A stretch of DNA of 62,678 nt, the filler included, from Platydemus manokwari (taxonomy: Eukaryota), in the NCBI GenBank assembly GCA_037951405.1. It is 6 parts of 6 records of this genome, joined end to end, with 100 filler letters (N's around TTAATTAATTAA, not from the genome) between each part and the next. Parts side by side here need not be neighbours in the genome. Positions count along the whole stretch, not along the records: positions 24,223 to 35,114 come from JBBMOY011083298.1; positions 35,215 to 44,709 come from JBBMOY011240763.1; 4 more parts are not named here. One strand, given 5' to 3'. Both the position numbers and the translations under genes were made by a program. Shown here in pieces: positions 28,870 through 42,476 of the stretch; the first letter of the stretch is position 1, and each line of letters starts with the position of its first letter. The notes under the pieces were generated by a model, which saw nothing but the letters and a program-made list of their open reading frames with translations, did no database searches and was not told where the DNA came from.

Positions 28870-29295
28870 GATATTCTTTGTTATACAGCGTTTTATTACG
28901 TCATTAATGACCAGGAATACAAAAATAATTATTGATTTTCTAAATCCAACTTCTGTGTTTTCGAAACAATTATTTAAAACGTTTTCTTTATCCTGGATTA
29001 TATATTATCCTAATGAATTATCGATATTTATTCAAGAAATATCAACAAAGCTTATATTGACTATGTTATTGCAACCCCTCTCATTTATCAGTTTCTCAAA
29101 ATAATCAAAATCCACTACTTACATATTCATTGTTTGACAATCGATACTCAAAATCAGTTCGACCAACTCATAAATATCATGACTGGCAATGAGCCAATAA
29201 TTCTTTCGACTGAGCTTACCATTCTAATTGCAATTTAATGCTTTGATACCTTTGAAATAATCAGCCTCTCGATAACAATCAATGCAAACAAGAGT
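28870..29295 (-). pseudogene. Probable BTB-BACK (kelch-like family) pseudogene fragment
   Basis: One frame reads 'CIDCYREADYFKGIKALNCN*NGKLSRKNYWLIASHDIYELVELI...VDFDYFEKLI...DIS*INID'. This follows the BTB end/BACK pattern (ADY..I..L..C...L...N...A..H...L; W.N.D) with several stops. Confidence 0.45.
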
Positions 29296-29839
29296 CATTA
29301 TTTTGGAATATTTATACTTGGTATTTCATCGATTCGCTTCACTGGAAAATGGACATCAAATACTGTGTTCATTCAGTTGGAAAATTCACAACGAAATCAT
29401 AAATTTACTTCATACTTGCCAAACCATGTTTATTATTCAAATTTGCTTTGATTTGGTGAGGGAAATCAAAATAAATCTAACTGTTATCGCACCTCCATTA
29501 ACGGGTTCATAAGAGGCATTCGAAACCGATAATATTATGATTGATCGAACTCAATTGATACAAAATTTTAAATAATTTTTTATATTTTTTAAAATTTGTA
29601 ACGAAATAATCACAATTTCGTGTTTCCTATTGCGTTTACTTCTGAAGTGATTTGTCAATCAAAATATTTTCATTTCTGACCTTGGGAAAATGTTGGCATT
29701 CACAAACCAATTCAAAAGAGTTCAACCCAATAAATTGAAGAACCTGAGATCAAATTCTTATCATTGAAATTTCTCGAAATTTTTGTAATTGATATTTATA
29801 ATATTCATAAAATAATAACAATAAATTTGTTACAAGATT

Positions 29840-30443
29840 TATTCAATACAAATTTGTTGGGATTATTGGATTGATTGTGACCCGCTTTGGTCTGAAAGCT
29901 TTGATTCGTGAGGTTAATTTTGCTTTTTCATTTATTCATCTCGGCTTTTCGTTGGGTTTGGAATTGTTTGATTCTATTTTGTGTTCGCCAAAATTGTTTC
30001 TGTTGAAGCCGGAACAAATGAGCCTATAATGCACATGAAAAGCTCAATATTGAAATCTGGTTTCAATTTGGCGAGCTCATTCCTAAAGTCGTTATAATGA
30101 ATTATATTATTTTTGTTTGACTCTTCGAAATGACTTTATTAAAAAGGTGAGTTAAAAGAATAGCTTCTAAGAGTGAAAGGTCACGGTATGTGATCTTGTC
30201 AATGCCAGTTGAGGTATTATCTGTGGATTTAAAGATAGAGAAAACTTCACTCGGATGAATAGGTTCTAACTCTAATTTATCAATAGCAGTTTTGCAATAC
30301 CCATTATTATAATCCCATATGATTGAGTTGGGTTTTTCATGAGATAAACAATTAATTATATCATCAATAGATGGTCTAGAGTTGATTTCGTCATCATTAA
30401 CAATATCATCAATAGTCTTTCTCATACTTCTTAAAAAATTCAT
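29840..30443 (-). mobile_element. Non-LTR retrotransposon remnant (RLE-bearing, R2/NeSL/R4-like) with large internal deletion
   Basis: 'IHPSEVFSIFKSTDNTSTGIDKITYRDL...LTHLFNKVI' is the conserved pre-RT region. It abuts, in another frame, 'FEESNKNNIIHYNDFRNELAKLKPDFNIELFMCIIGSF', which resembles the RLE C-terminus (K..KY..L..EL...IVGS). Confidence 0.72.
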
Positions 30444-31035
30444 TTTCTTGTTGCTGTCGCCGGTTTTTTTTAATCCTTTCCTTATTCCTAAGTATTGTTT
30501 ATTCCGAATATCATTATCATGATATCATTATTGATATTATCGATATATTTATATAATTTCATAAATAAATCTCAAAAATCCATTAAATACACATTTATCA
30601 CATTTTATCTGATTATTTGGAGTAAAAATCAATTTTATTAAATCTTGTATCCCTTTGTCCAACAAGGGGCTCTCAATATCTGTTTTGTATCAATAATATG
30701 TAATAGCGATGTATCTATTTCGATCATTATTGTATTAAATGAAGATTTATTCACAAATTTATTCCAGACATTTGTGGACATCAATATAATCTGTTACTGT
30801 TCAGTTTTCCAACGAACGAGAGTGTTTATTACAAGACAATTTTATTCTAAAATATATCGATTAGTCAAATTTATATAAAAGTTTATTTGTTTCAATGAAC
30901 ACGTCAAATTACAATATTTCTTTCAACTCCATTTACAAATGGGTTAAATAAATTTATTTCAGAGTTTAAATCTTAATTATAAATAATTATCGATTTCGTG
31001 TCAAACATGTTACATGTAATTGGTTAAAAATATTT

Positions 31036-31340
31036 GGCTTAAGCTTAAAAAAGGAGTCCTGAAAAAAAATTTTAGATTTGTTGAGTGTGTTGCTGAAATC
31101 TATATAGTTTATTTAATTATACTCTTTAAAAACAATTTGAATTTTTTATTTAAGTGCTTAAGAAGAGTTTTAGTGGTTTGAAATCAAATATTAAAGAGAC
31201 TAGAGCTTTAAAATATCCTAAAATTTTATTATTTGAAAAAGAGATCAAAAGTAGGTCGAATTGCAATTTATTGAAAATTAGAGAGGACCCTTTTTAACAT
31301 TAGATTTTCTCAAGTTTTATAATTATCTTATAAAAATAAC
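31036..31340 (+). mobile_element. Merlin-family 5' terminal fragment
   Basis: Starts GGCTTAAGCTTAAAAAAGGAGTCC; is the reverse complement of the 27660-27947 block. Confidence 0.75.
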
Positions 31341-31349
31341 CAAATATAG

Positions 31350-31630
31350 CAGGATTATGCCAGGGCTTCACAGCAACGGCTTCATTTCAATTTCTTCGGC
31401 AATCTACTCCTGATTTCATTGAACCTTCCAAAAGTCCAGACTTAAATGTCACGGATTACTGCGCTCAGAGCTTGACAATGGCCTACGTGACAAACTCTGT
31501 TGATGATTGTAAAGCGAGCCTGGGCAGAGCTTGGACCAATATTTTACATGTTATCCTTTAAAACGCTACACAAGCTTCGATTTTTAGGTTAAGATGCTGC
31601 TCTGAATGGACGACATCTATGAGTATAATA
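31350..31630 (+). mobile_element. Tc1/mariner-superfamily transposase C-terminal fragment
   Basis: 'QDYARA...FLRQSTPDFIEPSKSPDLNVTDYC...SVDDCKASLGRAWTNI...RLRCC' matches the QDGAPAH...SPDLN..DY pattern. Confidence 0.72.
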
Positions 31631-32127
31631 TAGCATATTCCTTTAAAAAACTTTGTAAACATAAATATTAGTTTTCTAAAGCCCAATTTGTATTATCATT
31701 ATCATAACTATTATTAACATCATTAATATTATTATTAGTGTGATTATTTTTACTGTTATAAAAATTCATATTATTATTTAATAACACAAGCCTTGATAGT
31801 CTATAGAAAAGTCAAAACACACAAAAGTATATTTAACCAAATAATTCACGCAGATAAAATCGATAATTAATATATGTAAAATAAATGCGATTAGAAATCT
31901 TTTACTATTTTAATTCATTTCAAAATCATATCCATTTCATTATAATCGGATTGTGTAGCACTCCAAGAAAGTCAACCCACAAAGTATATTTTTAATTCGT
32001 CATTTAATAATTATTGATTTCTATAAATATTTCATAAATCCTACCATTTGAAAATATTTGTCGAAACAAGCATGTAAGATCATTAAAATTTGAACAAAAT
32101 AATATGAGATGATATCTACATATTATC

Positions 32128-32767
32128 ATGGCGATCGTGTATATCTCGAAATTCATTAATAGCAACTGGCTTGTCGATTATCAGCTGAGGTGGTCCAAAA
32201 TAACATTCCTACGTTTTTACAATGTGTCTGCAACATTTAATATCGATTCCCATTTATTTTGCCTTGATTTAATGACACATGCTCTAAACATTTCAGTCAC
32301 ATCGGATTACAGTTTGATTAGATAATCAGTCACTCGTTTACATAATTCTACGATCTAGCAATGAAATCTCAGGTCCATAGATAATATCTGTATCATATGT
32401 ACTTTCATTTGACCTATAACAATTTCACAGTTAATAGAACGTAAGGGAGGGATAAGACACAGACTCCCATCAATGTGGAATCCGATACTGATTATGTGAT
32501 GATTGAGACAGAAACAAAAATATATATCAATTGCTCTCTTATTTTTAAGAGGAATCATATTTTTGTTGATGTTCTTGAATATGCTCTCAAAACTTAAGGA
32601 ACAAATCGAATTAGATGCAACTAATGAACTCTTTGTAGATAGTGTATTAAATTACGAGAATTTTCAATTTTCTCAACATTTCAGTTAGATATGAAAATAC
32701 AAATAATTCAAGATCTTATTTAAAAGAGGATTTTCTTTAATCTGAACCTATTAAGTATGCATCAGGG
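32128..32767 (+). pseudogene. Degenerate ABCB6/ABCB7 (ATM1-like) ABC transporter transmembrane fragment
   Basis: 'ELDATNELFVDSVLNYE' (compare DN.A....IDSLLNYETVK) and upstream 'SHLFCLDL' (compare HLH.LDL). The frame breaks right after LNYE; no NBD seen. Confidence 0.45.
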
Positions 32768-33416
32768 TAGACTTGTTGATTACAAACACCACACTAGATA
32801 GAAAAAATAAAACATTTACACTTCATGATTAATTTAGAATAAAATCTAAAAATAGAATTAAATATAAAATAGAATTAAATCTAAAAATAAATTAGAATAA
32901 ATCTATAAATAGTACACATTAAGTAAAATAACTAAAAATTGTAAAAGATAAATTGAAAATTAAAAATTGCATTAAATATATACAAAAATAGAAAACAGTA
33001 ACAAGAATTAAATATCAATACACTTGGTTTCATTTCAGTTCTCGAGATGTTCTAGTTTAATTTTGAAAAAATTTACTATTGATTTGTCAACAACTATTAT
33101 CATAACGTGTGTACAATCGGTTCTTCAGGCCATATTACATTATTCCATCTCAGCCAGCAATTTTATTTATATAATGCAAATTATTATCAGAAAGATAAAT
33201 TTTACCGTAATTTTCATCAAATTATTTGGCCTGAACTCAGCCCAACCAAATTATAATCAATATCTAAATTAAAGAACCAAAATCAATCTTCTTGTATGTC
33301 GTCGTAGCCAGCCCATTAGATCACAACTATCTGTAACACAATGCATATAGTCTCTTTCGGCTCCCCATCATTAAACAAAATAATCTCTCACATTAAACAA
33401 TAGCTGTAGAAATAAT

Positions 33417-33596
33417 TAATATATGATTGTTATCAGTAATATATGATTATTATCAGTAATATATGGTTGTTAACAGTAATATATGATTGTTATCCGTAAT
33501 ATGAGATTGTTATCAGTAATATATGATTGTTATCAGTTATACGAGATTGTTGTCAGTAATATATGATTATTATCAATAATATATGGTTGTTATCAG
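33417..33596. repeat. Minisatellite, 9 x 20 bp (TAATATATGATTGTTATCAG)
   Basis: Nine consecutive units with few substitutions. Confidence 0.95.
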
Positions 33597-34729
33597 TTAG
33601 CATTTATATTTGTCCTACAATTATATTTTAATAGAATATTTTAGTTTTTTATTTGGCTATAATCTCTAAAATAAAGCTTTAAGTGCACCTATTGCAGTCA
33701 AGTAATAATAGCATTATTAGCAACGATAATTTCTCATAGATTATAAATAGTAACCACTCAGTACTTTTCACAAGTTTTTAAGTGATGTTGAGCTCGTTAT
33801 GTACCTTATTTAAAGTAATTCTAGACTACTGTAATTATAAACTACTAAAACTTATCAGACTACTGTTAAAATAAAATGACAGTGACAACAGACACCACAT
33901 GATTGTCAACGACAATAAAAAACAATGTGAATTGAAATGCACCAATCATCGGTCCAAAATTATAAGTACCTCAAGCTCTTATGACCTTCATCATTATTAA
34001 AAAAAATAATGTAATCGTTCGGAAATCCTATTACAAATTTTCAGCTTCATATCTAAAACAAATTATTATTAAGCTGACTTTGTTAGCCAGATTAATAAAG
34101 AGTTAAGAAAATTTCGCTGAATTAATCTGTAGAATGAGATTCCTCATTACATGGCATTGATAAATACAAATCAATTATTTCGATAAGATTTATCATTTAG
34201 TTTCATCCAATAATTTTTGTGGTTGGTAAAATCTCCACAAATAATTGATACGAATAAATCGATAAACAATATATTTCATTCCCACCATACAAACCAATGT
34301 TTTATGTGTCATTATATTTATTTCTGGTAAAGAAAAACACTGCATTGATAAAGTTGGCAAAAATATGTTTTCTTTATCGGGTTAATGGAAATTTGTTGAA
34401 GTGATAAATAAAACATTTTCAAGCGTAAATTCTTGAATGAGATTCAAATAGGATTGAGCATTGAGCATTTGCAGAAAAAGAAAATGGTTCACTGATACAA
34501 GAAATATCGCTTTGAGATTTGGATTGTTCTGTCTTTTTATTAATATATATGGTAAATATTTGGTATTGTGAGAGAAATAATTATAAGCATTTCATTGTGA
34601 TAAGAATATGTACAATAATCAATATAATATTCATAATTTTAAAGGTGATGATAATAACATTAATATTAATAATATATATATGAGCTTAAAAAACCAAATT
34701 CCACAGGCGATTTGAAACCCAATGAATGT

Positions 34730-35114
34730 ATGAACGATGGCTTAGATACCGAAAATGTAACCACAAATAGCAGTGAAACACAGACTTAAAAAGCCACTTA
34801 TATAGAAACTGAAAAGGATGCAAAGGGTACTTGCAACTCGTGCAAAAATGAAAAACCAGTAAAGAGTCTAAGTCATAATCAAAACAGTATAAACTTCTGT
34901 GATGATTGCCTTGACTCTCTTTGCACTACTAATAATACAATCAGAAAAAGTGAGAAGAGAAAAATCGCTCATTCGCCAATATCCAATAGAACTCGACGAG
35001 CTACGAAAAGGGCATTGACGCACAGCATGGACGAACATCAGGATTGACAAATTGTGCCTACACCAGTCGACACCATTTATGATCAAGTAGATCTTACTGG
35101 TGTAGATAGCACAC
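34730..35114 (+). pseudogene. Decayed ORF with CxxC...CxxC zinc-finger-like motif, possibly a retroelement N-terminus
   Basis: One frame 'MNDGLDTE...*...GTCNSCKNEKPVKSLSHNQNSINFCDDCLD...KRKIAHSP...' has two stops and runs into the spacer; GC is above background. Confidence 0.4.
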
Positions 35115-35214
35115 NNNNNNNNNNNNNNNNNNNNNNNNNNNNNNNNNNNNNNNNNNNNTTAATTAATTAANNNNNNNNNNNNNNNNNNNNNNNNNNNNNN
35201 NNNNNNNNNNNNNN
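35115..35214. other. Assembly spacer N44-TTAATTAATTAA-N44
   Basis: Same 100-bp construct. Confidence 0.97.

Positions 35215-35280
<66 letters not shown>
35215..35280. repeat. (AAT)n microsatellite at contig edge
   Basis: Pure AAT run. Confidence 0.97.
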
Positions 35281-37629
35281 TACAATAATAAGAAGAAGAA
35301 TAAAAAGAAGAAAAATAATGATAAATACATTTAATAATCATCACTAATTAAGATAAATCTTAAATTTAATTTTATACCGATAAGGAGTAAAAATGCAATT
35401 TTTTTTATTTTCAAAATTCATTACTTCTGTGGCAGTTTCTATCTGACGTTTTTTGGTTGAAACATTGATATTGTGAAAATAGAATCTTTAGTTAATCGTT
35501 TATCTAATCCTTCTGTAATAGCATACGCAATCATGAAGATACTGGCTAACAAACATTTCGTTTCTTTAATGAAATAATTATTCATGAGAATTTCTTTGGC
35601 AATCTGTTCAGAACCAGTTTTCGATTTTTCCTCTCACATTTTCTGTATGTACTGCTGAAATTGTTACAATTTCTGTGCGTGTACAATGTGGCTTTCTGGT
35701 AAAACCACTTATGATTTTGGTGGTCTCTCAAAGTCAAATTTTTCAGCGACAAAATCAAGATCTGAATGTATCGTAACGATCTTCACTGACATATTACTTC
35801 TTCAAGTCTTACAGCCTCTTAACAAATCATTCAACAAATCCATATCTTATCGGATTTCTTGATATTTTTGCTCGAATACTATCTTCAATCTCTGGCTTCT
35901 ACTAGAAAGTTCTATATTTCTTACTTGACAATGAGGATCACATTAGGAAAATAAATATGTGTCTAATAATAAAAGAGGTGCATTGCAATTCGTATCATCA
36001 ACACCATTATCAAGATATTCTAATTCATCATGGTCATTGTCATCAGTGAGTAAAATGTTTTTAAAAAGCTGGAACCAGTAACTGTTTACTGAGATGCCGA
36101 TCACTAATGGTTATGGCAGCTTTGATTAAGTTTATTATCGAATAATAATCTTTAGGCCAGCCAAAAGAGGGATTGCAAAACCCCTGAATCTAGCATCAGT
36201 TGATCATACAATAAGAGGTCGGAAACATGGTACTCGATAAATATGAACACCCAGACTTTATATTGATTTTTAATTTTGCATCTAAGTAATAGTTCAAAGC
36301 GCTTAATCTTGAGAGCACTAAAGTTATTTTCTTTGAGATTTAAATGCCGCTTCACCCCAAATAGAGTATAAGGAGTCTCGATGATTATTACGATTTCAGA
36401 CAATTTCAGCTAATTCCTTACTAGATACAAGAATAAAAGTTATAAGAACTTGAAACCACGAATTAATAATTTGCGAAGAGCACCATGTAAGCCGTATTTA
36501 AAAAATATTATTTATTTACTGTTTTCCGCTCAAATATACAGGAAAAATTCCAAATGACTATCCCAGTAAGATCTTTCCAGATCGAGGTTATCCCCTAAAA
36601 AATACGAAATAATCGTCAATGTAATTATTAATAACGACAATTATAATAACAAAGATAATATCTAAAAATAATAATTATTATTATATTATGATTATAAATT
36701 AACTCATTCCTTATTTAGAAAATTATGAAGTTTCATAAATAACTTTTTATAAAAAAAAATTAAAATGTTTGAAAAATTTATTTAAAAATTTTAATTAAAA
36801 ATAAAATTTTATATTTTTTAATTGATTTTCAACTCATATTTGATGAAACATTAGCAGGTAACATTGACGTCAACAATTACAGTTTGATTTGATGATTGAC
36901 GTGATGAATATGATATAATTATTCACGGATCAATCACAGCTATTAATGTCAAAAACAATAAGAATATAGCAATATTGCATTATCGTTATTGACCAATCAA
37001 ATCTTAATGTTGACAAAAATTGAATGAGCTTGTGATTGATTTGTTGATATCGAAATTTTCTCTGTCTAAATCGACATTTTATTACAAGCACAGTTTCGTG
37101 CTTTGTCAGCGATATTAAATGATAAAATGCGTTGGAAATAATTGGGCATTGATTTATTTTCATTTTGTATTGAAATAGTAAAAAATATATACATCAAATA
37201 GCAATGAAAATGGATTTATTTTGGGAAAATTAATAAAATCAAAAAATCATTAAAGTAAATATCAATATTGATGTGTTCGAGCGCAGAAATAATTAAATAA
37301 ATCGATAATTGTTGTATTAATTAAAATTATATTTTTATCAATGAATTTTGTGAAACATTTTGTCAACTCTTAACTATACAAGATTATTAATATAATAATA
37401 ATATCGACCGCTCTATTTTCAAGTGGTTATCTTGTTACATGTCTAATAAAATTATCAATTTCCTTTAACATAATCAAAATATCCCGGGCTGGACATCTGG
37501 ACAGCACAGTTATTTTATTATCTAGCAGCTGAAAATGATAAATATCAATGGCTTTCATTGGTGGATTTTCAGACAACAATCATATGTTCCGATCATAAAA
37601 TATCTGATAATGAATATTATTATTGTTTT

Positions 37630-38830
37630 GTGTCAAAGGCCGTATTTTATTATTTAATATTATGAATCTTTTATCATTTTTGTTTCATGTCAAAATCCGG
37701 TAAATAATAAGGATACAGAGAGAGATAAAAGTAAATAAGTGATAAATAGTGAAATTAACCAAATGATAAAAAATAACGGCAAATAATTAATAATTAATAT
37801 TAAGTTTTAATAAATAATAATAATAAATAATAAAAAGATAGGTAAAAAAATAATAATAAATACAATAAAGATAATTATAATGGACAATAAAAATCATTAA
37901 TTATTCACACGAAATGTGTGAGAAAATCACCGAAAAATGATCGGCATGAATGGGTGGATTCGATCAGCGAATATAAATAGCGGCGCTGATTAGAACACCA
38001 ACACAAAAAAACGCAATAGTCAAAAAGAAAGTCAACACATTAGTCAGCACAATTAGCACTACGGACAATTAGCACAATAGTCACTACGCATAATATTAAC
38101 AAGAAGCGGTGGAACCAAGGCTAATAACGAAGTAATATCGATTGTTGCATTGGCATAGTCCGGAATTATCATCGATTATTGCATTGACAGAGCTCGGAAC
38201 TATCAAAATATTCAGTCAGACAATATCTCAGCACGGACAAGGAATTTTTACAGCAGAATTAAATTTACGCCAGGAGATAATTATCAACCTTGTGAGGATC
38301 AGTACCCTGTGGGAATTTCATACAGCAACAGTAAGGTTTCAATTCTTGCGTAACTATTTGTTTTTCATTCATTTATTTGCTAAGTAATTTCAATCTAATT
38401 TTAAAATCATAAGTACAATTCTCAGTTATATACGTTATTAAAGTAACATTTCTTCTCCGTATCATTATTACCTTCCATCCGATACCGGATTACTCGTTAA
38501 TCGCTGAGGCGAGGTACGAGACATTAGCTCAACTTTTGTTGTTATTTTTTAGACTAAATAATTGTGCTCTTAAATAAATATTTTGAAAATCCAAGATTTG
38601 TTTTTGATTATTGTTAACAATTTGAACGATTTGAAATTTTCTTATCATTTTCAGGCCCAGTGAGACAACGCATTCTCTGTGCTTTCAATCTAACTTATTA
38701 AAATCAATTTCCGACATCTTGGTCTTTAATACCAGGTGTTGAAGCCCCCTTAGGACCGGTGACTTTAGATTAAATCGCGCCAAATTATTAAACGTCAATC
38801 AACAACCACCCAACACCCTAACATATTCAT
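37630..38830 (+). repeat. LTR-like non-coding segment
   Basis: AAT-rich block, then TATAAATA (37972), a GC-richer block, and terminal motif TTGAAGCCCCCTTAGGACCGG (38739). Same layout as 43000-44050. Boundaries approximate. Confidence 0.4.
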
Positions 38831-41244
38831 ACAACCAATTTAATAATTTCACCTGACTGATCAAATATTAATTATGCAAGCACTTGATGTATATTGTAAC
38901 AATCTTTTTGTGTTTTCAATGTATCAATTTTGGCCTGATTATTCAAGCAGTAATTTTTGTAACGATTTCAGTGAAAAGCTTGATTAATATAGCATTGTAT
39001 TTTATTTTATTTTTTAATTAAAACTTTTATGTCAAATCAAGCTTTTGGATAATTTACTGAAATAATAATAATAATAATAATAATGATAACAAGAATAATA
39101 ATTTTTTACACGGCTAAAAATAAGAATAATCATTTAAATACTTTCAAGGAATTTGGGACATTAAATGTAAATATATTATATTATTTATATTTCCAAAAAA
39201 ACAGCGAATTTTTATCTTATAAAATAAATGGTAAATCCTCGGGAATAAATTTAAATGTATCCGATTTTTCCAACAATCCGTGACGATAAAATTCGTTTTC
39301 CAAATCGTATAAATAGGGGGTTAAGACTTCACAATTTTCGTCCATTTATCATTTAAAACCGCTAGCTCATAGTGCGTTGTCGTTATTTACGTGAAACACG
39401 TATTCGATCCGACCCATATTTGTCAGAAGAATTTGTACTAAGCTTTCGTTCAATTATATGCCCGTTAACGTAAGTCCGATCGTTATTTAACCAACTTATT
39501 GGGATTATGAAACTTGTGTATATTTCCGATTATAGAGCTTTGTCTCACATCCTTGAAAGGTGGTTTTATTGCAACAGTGTGCAGTTTATTAACCGTGTAA
39601 TTTATCCTGAAGCTTGATAAGGTTTTTCATATAATTGTTTTATTTAACCATTCAAATACTGTAGTAATTTATAGTCAGTGTTTGTGTAATTTCGGTGTCA
39701 ATAAATATTTTATAAAACCCAAACCTAGTTATTGATTCGCTCTGTAAATTTGATTTGAGATTGATAAATTTGAATAATCATTATAGTTCACAAAATAACC
39801 ATTGATCATTGTTGCCGTTTGATATTGTCATCATACAGTATTAAACGCGAGGCGAAGAAAGAAATAAATATGTTCTATAGATCGTACCTAGGGTTTGATC
39901 AAAACCACGTGTGCCTGATTAAGACAATAGTTATCAACAACAATAGAATAATTTTTGAGACTGATAAGGTTAAGTTTAACAGAAATAAAAAAAATAGCAA
40001 GCCCCAAACGCATTAATAGTAATAAAACAGTCAATAAAATAAAGATACTATAATAATAAAATATATATTAATTAAGCACCAGAATTTTTATTAATCATAA
40101 ATAATCCAGAATTTTTTAGAATTTCCTAAAATAAGCCTAACAATAAATAAATAAAATAAAAATAAAATTTTAAAAACAAAAACAGTAATAATAAAAACTG
40201 AAAATAGAAGAGATTGAATAAGAGATTAAGTTAATATAAAAAGGCTAAAAAGAAATTTAAACACGCACAAAAACAAAATAAATCAAGCACGATAATTTAA
40301 TAAAGTCAGAGATAATTTATTTCTTTCTGTCACTGACAATTCATTCGACCTATCGGAGATAATCAATTCCACCAAATATCAAAGATAATTTATGCTTGTC
40401 GTTGATTGACTAAGAGAAAAAATAAAGTCTGGGCCTTAGAGGAGCACGACACGAGACAAAAAGAGACAAGGAGACGACAAAGAAACGAAACGAGGATATT
40501 TATCTAGTAAGAAATCTTGAAACACCTCCTAACCGTACATCTCTTTTATCAACAGGATAATAAATCCGAATTACAAATTTTTCACTAACAGGATAACAGC
40601 AAGAAATTATTAGCATTCTTTCATAAATTTAAAGAAAATTATTTGATAAATTATCACTACTTTGCATAGATTTTAATTAAATTTATTTATCTCTTAATAA
40701 TAGTTCATAATTGAACACCAACAACGAATATCATTGTACTAGTAAAAATCGATTTCATATTTAATCACAATCTATTTAATAATCTCGTATTTCTAATTTA
40801 TTATTGAGAAACAACATTTTATTAATAAACCATTACCAATCTATTGTATAAATATTGTAAAATAAGTTTATTTCCATAGCGAGTTAGCACCCGTAATATA
40901 AGTATTCTAGATTGAAACCAGTTCAACTAGAAGTAAATTGTATCAAAAAACAAAACTTAACACAAACCTAGTCCAAGGGATTACGGTGCCAAGTAGGCCC
41001 AATCTCCAATAATATCTAAACAAAGGACTCTTACATAAGAGACCAAGCATTCGTATCTCAGCTTTAACAGATAATAAATTGTAACCATCAAATTCCATAA
41101 ATTGCTATTCCCATCTTTCTTCACTATCTACGGTATAAATCAGTTTCTTGAGTTCCTATGGCCATCGAATTGTTATTAACCATTTTGTAATACTAAAGTA
41201 AGAGTAGTGATAGTGATAACACGAATGATGAGTAAATTAATTAA

Positions 41245-42476
41245 TCGAAATACGAGTATTTTACGGAGCAAAGTGGGCTAGGCGGTTATGAGTGGAGGCC
41301 AGCCCGACGCCGAAGAAATCAAAGTGCATATCATCACATGTGTAAAAGCCGAATCATAGTAGGCCACACTTTGAAAGAAAAGCGAGAGGCGCTGGAGGTC
41401 AGGATGTCGGAAATCCTAGGTCTCAGAGATTTAGACGGAACGCCAGCAGTAAATGAGGCAGTAAATGATGAATACCGTTTCGGAGGAACCAAGAAGACGA
41501 GAATGGCGTATTTATCGCGGTTGAGAGATATCTACTATCGTATCATGGGAAGAGCCATGCGAAAAGATATAGTAGATCACTTAGCGGGGATCAGAGATAT
41601 TTATTGGAAGTTGGAACCCCAGTGGACTGACCACGAAGGGGACAGCCAAAAATGGAGAACAGAGGAGAAAATGATGGAATTAAAAAAACAAGAAATAAGC
41701 AAGGCCCGGCTATATTGGAATGGGTTGATCCAAACCCAATCGCACCAAGGACGATAATGAGGGAGCAAGGGGATCAGTTGATTTGGAAATTAATCCCTTT
41801 GAACGAAGTGGTAGAAGACAAAAAATCGATGGCTGCCAAAAGGTCATACGATCACATGATCAGGCAGCATTTGGGAGAGGAATATCATCCTCCAGAAAAG
41901 TTCAAGAATGGTCAACGGGTGACCAAGAAAATCGAGGAGCCAAAAACAAAGGAAATTAGAAAATCACAGGAAGAGGACAAGAAATCTGTGGAAGACACCA
42001 CAAAAACAAAGAGTACGGAGCCGATAATAAACTTCGTAGAAGACGAGGAGATGATCGACATTTTAGACGAAGTGTTAAGAATTGAAGAATCACTCCATGA
42101 ATATGAGGAGTGGATCAAAGAAGAGGAGAGCTCCCCAATGAATTGCTCTCCCATACCGACCAGTAATTAAAACTATACTCAAGATGATATCTCAGACATT
42201 GAAGAAAAAAGGACAGTATATCAATACCCTGACGTAAATCCGGACTTAGATTTGGACAGTCAAGTCCCGTGGGTGCATCAATTCATATCCCCACTACGAA
42301 TAAAAATAACAAGACGAAGCCCAGGAAAAAGGCATTCAGGAGGCAAACCTTCAGTTAGAAAAATGTCTGCGGGGACGCGTCTTTTTGATCCCCCAAGTAG
42401 TGTTGAGGATGCACCATCTACATCATCCTTAAAATCACCCTCCCAATCGAAGATATTCAAATCCTATCGAAAATAG
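41245..42476 (+). pseudogene. Single decayed ORF of about 400 codons, unknown product, probably element-borne
   Basis: ORFs 41338-41757 and 41652-42170 overlap (one frameshift). 41652-42170 and 42252-42476 share a frame and are separated by a single TAA (42168-42170). GC is clearly above background. Confidence 0.6.

Noticed and set aside
33417-33596. Regular repeat array considered as CRISPR-like
   Set aside because: Units are contiguous with no unique spacers; eukaryotic context; ordinary minisatellite.
35159-35344. Poly-Tyr ORF in the ORF track
   Set aside because: Translation of the (AAT)n microsatellite and the N spacer.
35421-36056. 212-codon minus-strand frame that looks protein-like
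   Set aside because: Seven internal stops and no recognisable motif; cannot be assigned without a search.
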